From Promethearchaeota archaeon (GTDB lineage Archaea > Asgardarchaeota > Lokiarchaeia > Sigyniarchaeales > SOKP01), in assembly GCA_048939995.1 (NCBI GenBank), contig JBHLOY010000001.1:398449-462448 (forward strand): 64,000 nucleotides of DNA, read 5' to 3'. The notes beneath the pieces are model-generated. The model ran no database searches and had not been told where the DNA came from. It saw only the letters and a program-made list of their open reading frames with translations. The first letter of the stretch is position 1, and the number at the start of each line of letters is the position of its first letter. The position numbers and the translations under genes are program-made. Below are positions 30,713 to 40,774 of this stretch, one piece after another.

Positions 30713-31771
30713 CTATTGAGATTTCCAAAAACCTCGTTTTTTTAGATACCTGCCTAAATAAACTATTGAAAGCATTATGGGGACTTCCCAAAATAATCCC
30801 ATAGTAGTCCCCAATGCTGCAATTGAACCAACACCATAGATTGCGATAGCAGTAGCGATTGCAATTTCAAAATGACTTGAAGATCCAATAATTACAGTTA
30901 TTACAGCCTCTTTGTATTTTAATTTAAAAAATTTGGTAATTAGGATATTGTATCCAACAACAATAGCAAAACCAACCAGAAGTGGTATTGAAACCAATAA
31001 TAACAAATCTGGATTAAGTACTAGAACTTGTCCATTTAAAGAAAAAAGCACAGCTAGAGTAGTCAATAGAGCTAAAATAGAAATTTTTCCTACTAGAGGG
31101 CGATAAATATTATTAAACCAATCTATTCCCTTGGAAGAAATAATAAGTCTTTTAGATATAATACCAAGTAATAAAGGAAGCCCAATAAAAATTAATGTTG
31201 AAAATAATAAAAGGATCCAATTTATTGGGATGCTTTGAATACCTGTTAATAACGTTACCATTGGAGCATAACCAAATATTATAGTTATGGTGTTTAAACT
31301 AGTATTAATTACATTCTGTTCTTGATTTCCTCGTGCCATCCAGCCCCATACAAGAACCATCGCTGTACACGGTGAACTAGAGAGTAATATAATAGCGACT
31401 GAAAGTTGTTGATTTCCAGCTAAAAACAAATTAACCATCAGTAACCCTATAAAAGGAGCAACTAACCAATTAGAGATTAATGTTAAAATGATAGGTTTAG
31501 GATTTCTTCCCAATTTCTTTAATTCTGAGGCCTGAATATTTAACATTGCAGGATACATCATCAAAAACAAACAAATCCCAATAGGAACTGAAATTTCCCC
31601 TATTTTTATAGCATCAATTGCTTCACTGATGCCTGGAAAAAATTGCGATAAAAGAATTCCAATAAGAATACATAAAGCAACCCATAGGGGAAGAAATTTC
31701 TCAAAAAAACCAATATCTTTCCCTTTCTCTTTCGAAACTTGTTCTATTCGATTTAATCTTTCTTTTTGCAT
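30713..31771 (-). CDS. acr3: Acr3 family arsenite efflux transporter
   Basis: FFEKFLPLWVALC, LMMYP, NW, PCTAMVLVW, FEIAIATA, EVPIML. Confidence 0.9.
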   Translation of the reverse strand: MQKERLNRIEQVSKEKGKDIGFFEKFLPLWVALCILIGILLSQFFPGISEAIDAIKIGEISVPIGICLFLMMYPAMLNIQASELKKLGRNPKPIILTLISNWLVAPFIGLLMVNLFLAGNQQLSVAIILLSSSPCTAMVLVWGWMARGNQEQNVINTSLNTITIIFGYAPMVTLLTGIQSIPINWILLLFSTLIFIGLPLLLGIISKRLIISSKGIDWFNNIYRPLVGKISILALLTTLAVLFSLNGQVLVLNPDLLLLVSIPLLVGFAIVVGYNILITKFFKLKYKEAVITVIIGSSSHFEIAIATAIAIYGVGSIAALGTTMGLFWEVPIMLSIVYLGRYLKKRGFWKSQ

Positions 31772-31774
31772 AAT

Positions 31775-32530
31775 TTATTGAATAACCTCTTCTAAAATAA
31801 GTGTTGAATCTTTATTCCTTCTTTCATACTCTCTTCTAATGTTTTTAATAAAAGATTTTAAATTATTTGTAAGTTTATTGAAACTTTCCAAGGAGATACC
31901 ATTAAATATTGAGACTAAATGGATAATACCAGCCACTTCCTTATCGCATGTATGACCAAAACGCGGAGCACGGCATTCATAACAAACATTTAAAGCGAAA
32001 TTTTGAAGATTATTTTCCTCAAACTCCTTGTTCAATAGAAAATCTGCTCCTGCCTTTGAAGAACCACATAATGATGATCTTTCTATATCAATTCTATTGA
32101 TAACTCCACTATTATCTATACTGAAATGATAAATTGGACGACCAAAATATGTAGTAAATAAATCAACTTCAGAGATACCCGTATTATTCTCTAATGAACA
32201 CATTGTAGGAGCATAAATAACATTAGGATTCACCTTTCTGGCTTGTAAATATAAACCTATTCCCGGAAGCACTCCTAAAATCACTGGTTTTTGGAGTTCA
32301 ACAAGTTGAGTTATAATGTCAGGATGACGAACATATGAAATGTAAAGGTCACATTCAGGGATGTTTAGATCCAGCTCATCATCTAACATAATATTCGATG
32401 GAATCTCTGGTACAAGTATCCATTTAGTTTCAAACTTTTTTTTTATGTTTTCAAATGCTCTATCCCCATATTTCCCATCAGAAACTACTCCAACCGTTAA
32501 TTTTTCTTTTTTTTCCATTTTATATACCAT
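31775..32530 (-). CDS. DUF166 family protein
   Basis: YGDRA, HPD, MCSL, FGRP, RSSLCGS, YECRA, IH; recognised from memory of the family. Confidence 0.6.
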   Translation of the reverse strand: MVYKMEKKEKLTVGVVSDGKYGDRAFENIKKKFETKWILVPEIPSNIMLDDELDLNIPECDLYISYVRHPDIITQLVELQKPVILGVLPGIGLYLQARKVNPNVIYAPTMCSLENNTGISEVDLFTTYFGRPIYHFSIDNSGVINRIDIERSSLCGSSKAGADFLLNKEFEENNLQNFALNVCYECRAPRFGHTCDKEVAGIIHLVSIFNGISLESFNKLTNNLKSFIKNIRREYERRNKDSTLILEEVIQ

Positions 32531-32659
32531 TCATTATGGTTAGAGCTTAAGGTATAGAAAGAACCATTCAAATAAAAATGTTTCGATGTAAATTGATTTT
32601 TTTCGATTTGGATAAAACTTTTATAATTTAATATCTTTATATATAATATAAATAGATTT

Positions 32660-33064
32660 TTGGTGGTTTTTATCAAGGTTAATCGGAGGACAACAATCAA
32701 AGAAATGCTATGTAGTTGCGAGGAAGGTTCTGATAGTGAAAAGTATTTTAAAAATTTAGAAAAATTAGGAGAAAACCTAAAATTAGATGACAAGATCAAT
32801 TCTACATTAATATTTTTAAATGCTTTAGGAAATAAAGAACGATTAACTATTATTAACGCCTTGAAAGAAAAAGATCGTTGTGTATGTGAATTAGAAGTTA
32901 TTTTAGACAAATCTCAACCTTCCATATCTCATCATCTAAGAGAATTAGAAAAAGCTAACTTGATTCGAGGGTGGAAAAAAGGGAAATTTACATATTATAG
33001 TCTTTTAGAAAATAATTTTAAGGAGCAATTAGAAAATTTCTATCATGAATATAGGCTTGGATAA
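32660..33064 (+). CDS. arsR: ArsR/SmtB family repressor, divergent from the acr3 operon (start uncertain)
   Basis: ALGNKERL.I...CVCEL...SQPSISHHL..L...GKFTYYSL; additional N-terminal CSC. Confidence 0.9.
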   Translation: MVVFIKVNRRTTIKEMLCSCEEGSDSEKYFKNLEKLGENLKLDDKINSTLIFLNALGNKERLTIINALKEKDRCVCELEVILDKSQPSISHHLRELEKANLIRGWKKGKFTYYSLLENNFKEQLENFYHEYRLG

Positions 33065-33232
33065 ATAATCCGTCGATAATCATGGTGTAGAAGGTTGAAA
33101 ATATGATGAATTAAATTCTTTCTTTTTGAATTAGTCATAATTAGACATAATTTCGATGACCTTACATATGAGATTTTTTTGTCGAAATAAGGTTCACCGC
33201 TAAATATTTATGTATAAATTCCCATGTAGATA

Positions 33233-34498
33233 ATGTTTATTATTTTAAGATTGAGATTATTAATGAAGCGTTCAGAAAATGGAGCAAATGAAAAAAAATA
33301 TTATCGGGTAATTCTACCTTCGGATTTTCAAATTGAGAAAGAGGATATTTTTTATCGCGATAAGTATAATGATATTATGAATTATTTTAAAGTTTTACTA
33401 ACTAGTGACGAGTATTCAGAAATTCAACAATATGTACAACCAAAAGGATTAATTCTTCTCAATATCCATCCTAGTACAGATATTTTAGACTTCTTGAGAT
33501 TAATCTCAAAGAATTACTTTTTAGATCTTATAGAGTTAGATTATTTTGAAATTTTGAAATCACCTTTAAAATTTCTTAATAGATTCGATCTAATCTTTCA
33601 AAATATAGTTGATGAGACTAAACATAAAGATGAACTTCAGAATGATTCTAAAAGCTATTTGGATAGCTATGAGAAGATTAAACCAAACAGATTGATATTG
33701 ATAAATGAATCTGAATTGCCAGAAAATTTACTTAATGAGCAAAATTTACTGAATTTCTTCTTAGCTTATTATAAAAGTTACAAACCAGAATATATAAAAA
33801 ATGGAATTATATTAGTATGGTTAAATGAACGCCTAGATGGTATAAATTTAAATTTTGTCTACCAAATTTTCGATCAATTAATTAAAGTTCCCCATTTAAG
33901 CATTGCAGAAAAGGAAGTATATCTAAGGAGCTATTCTGAAAAGAACCCTAGAATTGTATTTGATATAAATACAGTGATCAGTTATACTAAAGATTGGGAA
34001 ATTTTAGATATTAGAAATCTGTTAAAATTAGCCATTTTTAAGCAGTTCCTTAATTTTGAGCTAAATAAAACTTCTAATGAAATAACAGATATTATTATAA
34101 ATTTAATCGATTCAGGCGAATTTAAACCAGCAACTTTTTGCAATAATCAATTAACTCCAGATAAGGATTTAAGCAGAGAATCAATATTTATGAAAAAAGG
34201 CTTCAAAAATAAGGAAATGAACCTTAACGAGTTACAATCTATAATGAATGATATTCAAACTCAACCTATTTCTGAATTCATGTTAAGCCAATTATATGAA
34301 AATGCGGCTTTTAAAAATTATACAGAACTGGTCATAATTATCGATAAATTAAATAAAAACGAAGTACTTGAAGAAAACGAGAGAAGATTACTTGCTAATT
34401 ATCCTTTCATCTTAAATGATCCTCCAAATAGAGCCCAGATTCACTTAGAGAAGGCAAAAAAAAAAGTTGACCATATAAGACAGAGTTTTAGCAGATAA
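33233..34498 (+). CDS. Degenerate (probably inactive) AAA+ ATPase-like protein
   Basis: PKGLILLNIHPSTD at the Walker A position (no GKT); IFDQLIKVPHLS..EKEVYL resembles RFDR..VPLP..E.R..IL; co-oriented with smc. Confidence 0.5.
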   Translation: MFIILRLRLLMKRSENGANEKKYYRVILPSDFQIEKEDIFYRDKYNDIMNYFKVLLTSDEYSEIQQYVQPKGLILLNIHPSTDILDFLRLISKNYFLDLIELDYFEILKSPLKFLNRFDLIFQNIVDETKHKDELQNDSKSYLDSYEKIKPNRLILINESELPENLLNEQNLLNFFLAYYKSYKPEYIKNGIILVWLNERLDGINLNFVYQIFDQLIKVPHLSIAEKEVYLRSYSEKNPRIVFDINTVISYTKDWEILDIRNLLKLAIFKQFLNFELNKTSNEITDIIINLIDSGEFKPATFCNNQLTPDKDLSRESIFMKKGFKNKEMNLNELQSIMNDIQTQPISEFMLSQLYENAAFKNYTELVIIIDKLNKNEVLEENERRLLANYPFILNDPPNRAQIHLEKAKKKVDHIRQSFSR

Positions 34499-34517
34499 AT
34501 AAAGAGGGGTTTCCACG

Positions 34518-37500
34518 ATTTCTATCGAAGCAGAAAGTATTTATTTAAAAAAGGTGATTCTTGAGAACTTCTTGAGTTTTCAAAGAGATGAAATAAATTT
34601 CGAGGATTCCAAATTCGTTATAATAATTGGACCTAATTGGTCGGGAAAAACGTCAATTTTTCAGGCGATTAAATTTGCTCTAGGAAGTAATGAAAGAGAT
34701 GAAAGATATAAAAAATGGTCTGATTTTATAAGGAATGGGCAAGACCATGCGATGGTTGAAGTTCATATACTAAATAATGAAGAATTAATCAAAATAAGGA
34801 GAACGGTGGTTAGAGGACAATCCCCGTTTTTTGAGATTGAAAGAATTACTAGTAAGGGCTTTCAAAGAGTTAATGCAAATGATATACAAGATTTAATTTC
34901 TAATTTAAGTATAAATCCTGATAATCAATTTGCTTTTGTAAGTCAAGGAAAAATTGATGTGATTAAAAGTTTAAAACCCATTGAACTTTGCGCTTTTTTA
35001 GAAGAGGGAATTGGATTGAAAGGGCTTAGGGAAGAAATTTTACTTCAAAAAAGAGGTATTTTTAGTCTAAATAGAGAATTTCAATCTATCTTGAGTCGTC
35101 GAAATACCCTAAATATTAATCTTAATCTTTTACAGCCTAAAATCCAACGCTTAAAAGAAAAACAAAAGCTTCTTGAGAGAAAGAAACGTTTTACAGATGA
35201 GTTATTATATGCAAACAGACAAAAGTTAGAAGATAACATAAGCCATTTAAGAGAAAAATTAAAAGAACAACAAGTATCTATTAGTGAGATCAAAAAGGTT
35301 ACTGAAAATTATCGAACTGTGCTTTCAGAAAAGCAATCAAAACTGAATGAGATTGAAGAAAATATCAACGAGTTTTCAGAGGAGTTAGGTCAATTAACTT
35401 ATAAAAAAAAAAGTCTAATAGAAAAAATTCAAATTTGGGAAAAAGAAAAAGTATTAGCCAAAAAGGAATTAGATGATCTAAATTTAAACGTTTTAAATCT
35501 TGAAAAAATTGTTAAAAATATTGAGAGTCAAAGGAATAAATTAGTCAGTGAGGTTAATTTAATTCAGAAAGAAATTTACTCTTTGAGGGGAAATATTGAC
35601 AAATTAATAAAAGAACAGAATACATTAACAAAAAAATTGAAGCAAAATGAAGATTTTTTAAAGGATTATCATAATTTAACTTCTAAAAAAGGAGATTATA
35701 GCAAGAAGATTGAAGATAATAAAAAACAGATAAAGGATATCAATTCAGAAATCAATGAGATTTTCCAGAGTTTTAAAGATATTGAACATAGATTAGAAAA
35801 GAATAAATGGTTTCTTGAAAATCCTACTTCTGATTTACTTTTACATCTTGATGGGGAAATTAGAAACTACTCCAAAGACCTTTTCGAATTAGGGAAAGAA
35901 TTAACTAATTTGCAATTCAAAAGAACTAACTTATTAGAGAGTTTTAAGAATCTACAAGTCTCCTTAAGAGAGCGAAAAGTGATTTTTCCGTCGAGTATTA
36001 ATATTTTAAAAGAAGAAATTGAAAGAAGGGAGTTAACCAATCAAGTAAAGGGGCCAATAATTGAATTCTTGCAGTATGATGATGAGCTAAGTTATGCAAT
36101 CGAATCGGTTTTGGGCGAAAGATTGTTATATAGTTTCGTTGTTAACGAATGGGATATTTTAAATCTCTTAAATAAAATAAAAAACAAATATAATGCCTAT
36201 TGTAATATTTACATAACTAAGAGTCTTGAAATTCGCCCTTTACCTCAATTTTCTGCTGATAATGTTATTGGTTATTTAGTAGAATTAATAAGAGTAGCTA
36301 ATAATGATAAAGATATTCTAAAAGTTATATATTCTAAAGTAAGGAATTGCTTAGTAGTTAAGGACTACCATTCAGCAATCCAAATCTATAAGAATTATAA
36401 TTTTAGGGGAAAATGTGTGACTTTAAAGGGAGAGCAGTTAATATCTTATAACTATGTATATGAAACTCCTTTTCAAAAGCGTCTAAAGGGTTTACTAAGT
36501 GCTAGTACTTTAAAAGAAAAACTAACTAAATTAGAGACTGAGATAGAAGCTATAAATAAAAGAATTTTTGAGTTAAGAGCTGAATACTCTACGATTGACC
36601 AAAATCAGAAAGATCTATACGAAAGAAAAGAATCATTTAACGATTTACTATATAACTTTAATCAAAAGCAGAGATTGACCTCAAAAAAGAATCAACTCTA
36701 TGAGCTTACGCATAATCTTGAGAATGATATTTTAGAACTCCAAAATAAAATCATTGAAATAGAGAACCAGATTCAGATTCTAGAGTCCCAGAGAGATCCG
36801 GAGATTTTTAAATTAAATGACAGAATTGAAGAGATACCGGACGAATTACATCTCTACAATGAAGATTTAAAAAAATGGGATAAAAAATTGAATTCTAATA
36901 TGCAACAGGAACAAGAGATCAATGAAAAACAAGCAACTCAAAAAAAAAAATTGATGGATTTAAAACAAGATTATGATATGAAAAAGCAAAAGTTTCAAAA
37001 CTCAGATAAGAAAGCTTTTTCAATATATAAGAAGCTGGAATCAATTGAGGATGAAATAGATGAAATAGAAAATAATATCTCAAAATCAAAGGACCAAAAG
37101 TTAGAGATCCAACAAGAAAAAACAGAAGTTGAAAAGGAACACATAGAGATAAAAATAAAACTAGAACAAGAATTACTAAAAAAAGTTGGCATTGAACAAG
37201 AGTTATCATCTAATGAAAAAGATTTAGAAAGAATAAATTCTGAGATAAGTGTTTTGGTATCTAATAAGGAAATTAAAATACGTCCTATTAATGATATTAG
37301 AGAAGATATTCTAATAATAGATAAAACCCTGTTAAAATATTTAGATGTGGATGACTCGATCCTAATTGAAAAGGCTCAAATACTATCCAGTATGAAAGAG
37401 ATTGCGAAACATCAAAAAAGTCTAGAAAAAGATATAAAATCGGCTATTAAAACCGAGAATAAACTGGAAGAAACATATTTTAATAAATTTAAGGGAACTT

Positions 37501-37952
37501 TAAATGATTTGGAATTAAAAATCAACCAAAAATTTGAATCTGCTAATATAAAATCCTATTGTTCCCTTAATTTAATCGGCAATTTTGAAGATTTAGGAAT
37601 AGATATTAAGGCTGCAACTACAAAAGAACAATTAAAATCTTTTAAGGCACTTAGCGGAGGTCAAATTTCAATGATTTCAATTTGCCTAATTCTTTCACTT
37701 CAGGAAATTAAACCATCACCGCTTTGTATGTTTGATGAGGCAGGTATGTTTTTAGATGACAAAAATTCAGAAGCATCCTATCAAATGATTAAGGCTACAC
37801 TTGAGCAAAATCCAGTACAACTACTCATGTTTTTACCCAAGTCGTCAAACAATTTATATTTATTAGCTGATAAGTTAATTGGAGTAGCGAGGATTGGTAA
37901 AAAAGAAGTTTCTACAATTTTTAAACCAAAAATTTTAAAAGAAAAAATATGA
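34518..37952 (+). CDS. smc: SMC family ATPase, Smc5/6-like (probable ATT start at 34518)
   Basis: YLKKVILENFLSF, GPNWSGKTS, NQFAFVSQGKI, hinge GPIIE...AIESVLG, long coiled coils, LSGGQ, PLCMFDEAGMFLD, QLLMFLPK. Confidence 0.9.
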   Translation: MSIEAESIYLKKVILENFLSFQRDEINFEDSKFVIIIGPNWSGKTSIFQAIKFALGSNERDERYKKWSDFIRNGQDHAMVEVHILNNEELIKIRRTVVRGQSPFFEIERITSKGFQRVNANDIQDLISNLSINPDNQFAFVSQGKIDVIKSLKPIELCAFLEEGIGLKGLREEILLQKRGIFSLNREFQSILSRRNTLNINLNLLQPKIQRLKEKQKLLERKKRFTDELLYANRQKLEDNISHLREKLKEQQVSISEIKKVTENYRTVLSEKQSKLNEIEENINEFSEELGQLTYKKKSLIEKIQIWEKEKVLAKKELDDLNLNVLNLEKIVKNIESQRNKLVSEVNLIQKEIYSLRGNIDKLIKEQNTLTKKLKQNEDFLKDYHNLTSKKGDYSKKIEDNKKQIKDINSEINEIFQSFKDIEHRLEKNKWFLENPTSDLLLHLDGEIRNYSKDLFELGKELTNLQFKRTNLLESFKNLQVSLRERKVIFPSSINILKEEIERRELTNQVKGPIIEFLQYDDELSYAIESVLGERLLYSFVVNEWDILNLLNKIKNKYNAYCNIYITKSLEIRPLPQFSADNVIGYLVELIRVANNDKDILKVIYSKVRNCLVVKDYHSAIQIYKNYNFRGKCVTLKGEQLISYNYVYETPFQKRLKGLLSASTLKEKLTKLETEIEAINKRIFELRAEYSTIDQNQKDLYERKESFNDLLYNFNQKQRLTSKKNQLYELTHNLENDILELQNKIIEIENQIQILESQRDPEIFKLNDRIEEIPDELHLYNEDLKKWDKKLNSNMQQEQEINEKQATQKKKLMDLKQDYDMKKQKFQNSDKKAFSIYKKLESIEDEIDEIENNISKSKDQKLEIQQEKTEVEKEHIEIKIKLEQELLKKVGIEQELSSNEKDLERINSEISVLVSNKEIKIRPINDIREDILIIDKTLLKYLDVDDSILIEKAQILSSMKEIAKHQKSLEKDIKSAIKTENKLEETYFNKFKGTLNDLELKINQKFESANIKSYCSLNLIGNFEDLGIDIKAATTKEQLKSFKALSGGQISMISICLILSLQEIKPSPLCMFDEAGMFLDDKNSEASYQMIKATLEQNPVQLLMFLPKSSNNLYLLADKLIGVARIGKKEVSTIFKPKILKEKI

Positions 37953-38599
37953 TTGATTTTGTAAGTTATTACGAAGAAATTAACCGAAAGATCGAAAAGC
38001 TAAAAATGGAAATGCTATCAGGAAAGCTTAGCCTATTAAGTTTTGAACTTGATCCAATTTTTCAAGACCTCAAAGATTCTCTTAATACCTATAACATTGA
38101 TAATTATTCTGCATTATACAAAGAAGCTTGTTTCCTCTTAAACCAAAAGTTTGAAGAACTTAAATCATTTCTTAAACTTTTAGAAAATGACAAACTCTTT
38201 TTTAATTTCTTAGATTTAAATCCTAGTGATCAAGATATTTCTTTATTATTCAATGGTTGCTGGAGGATGATTTTTAATATTGAAACAATCTCCACTAACT
38301 TTTTGGCAGAAAGTGATAAAAAGTATTCCAAAGAACGGAATAAGATAATACAGGTTGAGCATTTAAAACGTCAGAAAGTAAATTCTGAATTTTTATTAGA
38401 AATTGCTCACCATAATTTTACTGAGAAGATGTCTCTTTATTTTGAAAAAATTAAGTCAAAATTGCCATGCAAATTTGAAGATATCTTCGAGAATGATAAA
38501 GATCAAGGGGAAATATTTGAAAATTTTGTATATTTATTACATCTTCTTCAATTAAATAAAATAAAGTATCAAAAAGAAACTGAAAGTTTATATATGTGA
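37949..38599 (+). CDS. Kleisin/ScpA-like subunit
   Basis: Overlaps the smc stop; C-terminal FEDIF...FVYLLHLLQLNKIKYQ matches the ScpA winged-helix pattern F..LL.L...I...Q. Confidence 0.55.
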   Translation: MIDFVSYYEEINRKIEKLKMEMLSGKLSLLSFELDPIFQDLKDSLNTYNIDNYSALYKEACFLLNQKFEELKSFLKLLENDKLFFNFLDLNPSDQDISLLFNGCWRMIFNIETISTNFLAESDKKYSKERNKIIQVEHLKRQKVNSEFLLEIAHHNFTEKMSLYFEKIKSKLPCKFEDIFENDKDQGEIFENFVYLLHLLQLNKIKYQKETESLYM

Positions 38600-38611
38600 G
38601 GAGAATTTAAG

Positions 38612-39142
38612 ATGAATGAAATTTCAATTTTAATGCATCTTTTAAGTAGAAGAGATGATTTATCTTGCATTGGAGCGACTGAAGAACAAGTATTAGAAGC
38701 ATTGAATATAACTTATAAAAATAAAACACTGCACTTTCAACGTCTTATTACCGAATTATCTAAAATTATTGCCCCATTAGGAATTGAAATTAAATTTAAT
38801 CCTTTAAATGCTCATTGGTTTATAACATTTGAGCCTGAAATCTCCGATATTATAAATTCGAACCCCTTTGGAACACATCCTAGTTTGGGAGCAACCCTAT
38901 TTTGTATTTTAGCATGCTGTTTGAAGAATTCAGGGTTCTCAACAATTCAAGAAATTCATAAAATAAGAAAAAAGAAAACTGTTATAAAAGACATCAAACA
39001 GTTGGAAGAAAAAGGATATATTACATATAATAAGGAAGAGAATCGCATTTCTCTAACTCCGCTAATAGGATATCATTTAGATCTAGATAAATTATTTTTA
39101 AGGTTATCTATTGAACTAAATGAAAAAGAAAAGAAAAATTAA
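38612..39142 (+). CDS. Tandem winged-helix protein (ScpB/KITE-like)
   Basis: 176 aa with two WH-like halves (...IKQLEEKGYI...ISLTP); follows the kleisin-like gene. Confidence 0.5.
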   Translation: MNEISILMHLLSRRDDLSCIGATEEQVLEALNITYKNKTLHFQRLITELSKIIAPLGIEIKFNPLNAHWFITFEPEISDIINSNPFGTHPSLGATLFCILACCLKNSGFSTIQEIHKIRKKKTVIKDIKQLEEKGYITYNKEENRISLTPLIGYHLDLDKLFLRLSIELNEKEKKN

Positions 39143-39153
39143 CGATGAGTCGT

Positions 39154-39789
39154 TTAAAGTGAAGTAGTGATTTTAAGAATCATTTCTGCTACTCGATTAT
39201 TATATTTTTCAACTTCGTCAAAGTTATCAACAGTTTCACCACAAGTAACAAATACATCTTGGATTGTTATTTTTCTTTTAGTAAAAAAATCACTGACTTT
39301 CTTTGTTAACTTCTCAATTTCTTTTTCTTTATCTCCTTTTAATAAATCTATCTTGTTTATACATAAATAGATTTTTTCAGGAAAAAATCTTACGTCATTA
39401 AAGAATTCAAATTGTCTATCTAAATCTCTATCTAAAGAGAAGACTGCAATAATTTGAGTCGCTATACGAGAAATTGTGATAATCCCCATTTTCACAACCG
39501 CGCGGCTACGGTCTCCCCCTGGAGCAAAGATTGTATGAGCTTTACCAGAAGCATCTTCTCTAAATACTACTCTATTGGGATGAATAGTTTTTGTTTCTTT
39601 TTCATCAAGAGTGTCAGCCTTATTTCCTCTAGGCACAGTTGCCTCACCAGAGAAATCTGTCTTTACAACTGAAGCTTTCAATCCTCCCTCAACGTTTTCA
39701 ATATCTCCACGATTAAGATATCGAACGAACAAACGCAAGATAGAGGTTTTACCGACACTTATATCTCCTAGTAATCCAATATTCACCAT
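39154..39789 (-). CDS. Divergent small GTPase (Ras-like superfamily)
   Basis: G1 GDISVGKTS, G2-like TKTI, atypical G3 APGG, G4 NKID, G5-like TCG. Confidence 0.75.
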   Translation of the reverse strand: MVNIGLLGDISVGKTSILRLFVRYLNRGDIENVEGGLKASVVKTDFSGEATVPRGNKADTLDEKETKTIHPNRVVFREDASGKAHTIFAPGGDRSRAVVKMGIITISRIATQIIAVFSLDRDLDRQFEFFNDVRFFPEKIYLCINKIDLLKGDKEKEIEKLTKKVSDFFTKRKITIQDVFVTCGETVDNFDEVEKYNNRVAEMILKITTSL

Positions 39790-40601
39790 TATACTTCACC
39801 TTCCAATAATTTATTTAATAGTAATTCATAGTCAGGGATTAAGAATTGTTCCAAATATGCATTATTGTGGGCTTCAATCAAAGCTATTAGCACTTCTTTT
39901 AAATTCTTAGCACTTTCAGCATACTTCAAAAGATTTTCTGAAGAAGGATCACTATTGAAATCTCTTGCTTTTTCTTCAAATCCAAAATTAGAGCGATCAG
40001 GCAGAGAATCAAAAAATCCAAAAGCAGAATATCCTTGATATTGAAAAAACACAAAAAATCTTGTTTTAATTGATGAGATTACTTTAGTTAAATAAGCAGA
40101 AGGATATATTTCGCCTAAAATTAGCTCATCATCTTGTTCAATAACGAAATAAGGTGAGATAGGAGAAACTTGATTTCCATACATTTCTTTTGGTGGTAAT
40201 GATATAAATGGTAACTTTTCGGAAACTATAGTCCATAGATCTTCACGACGTTTTTCCATTAAAATATCTTTAATTTCATCATAGGCAAAATAGAAATCTG
40301 ATTGTAAAGCTAATAATGAGCTTAAATATACTGATAAAGAAGCAAAAGTAGCTTCCAACAGAGGTCTTCTACCTTCATCTGATTCGGAAGGCTTAACTGC
40401 GCCTTTCCAAGCACGAAGTCCAGTGTATACAAATCCTTTAATATCGAAAAAGCTTCCGGATAGAAATATAAATGAAGGAACAAATCCTTGTTCTTTCGTT
40501 AATAAATCTCGTGACTTATTGATTAATGATGTTTCTAATTTGTCATCGTTAAATTTTGAGTGAACTACTGGCATTATAAGCCATTTCTTTTTTTTCGCCA
40601 A
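39789..40601 (-). CDS. Hypothetical protein translationally coupled to the GTPase
   Basis: 270-aa ORF whose stop overlaps the GTPase ATG by 1 nt. Confidence 0.7.
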   Translation of the reverse strand: MAKKKKWLIMPVVHSKFNDDKLETSLINKSRDLLTKEQGFVPSFIFLSGSFFDIKGFVYTGLRAWKGAVKPSESDEGRRPLLEATFASLSVYLSSLLALQSDFYFAYDEIKDILMEKRREDLWTIVSEKLPFISLPPKEMYGNQVSPISPYFVIEQDDELILGEIYPSAYLTKVISSIKTRFFVFFQYQGYSAFGFFDSLPDRSNFGFEEKARDFNSDPSSENLLKYAESAKNLKEVLIALIEAHNNAYLEQFLIPDYELLLNKLLEGEV

Positions 40602-40774
40602 CCTTATAGCACAACTCTTGTTTTAATTAGGATTGTTATAATTGCTGAATTAATATTTTAATCTATATTTATTAAACAATATATTATCATAATATAATTT
40701 TTTGCAAATGTAGCATATAGAGAATTAAGTTTTTGTAATAATTTTAATTTCAAATTAATTTGAAATTTTGACTA

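Noticed and set aside
33090-33200. Hairpins containing ATGA downstream of arsR as a second SECIS
   Set aside because: No correctly placed 3' GA for a kink-turn core, and arsR has no in-frame UGA.
33233-39142. Wadjet/MksBEFG plasmid-defence system
   Set aside because: No Toprim nuclease gene is adjacent, and the gene order and SMC motifs fit a Smc5/6-like chromosomal complex better.
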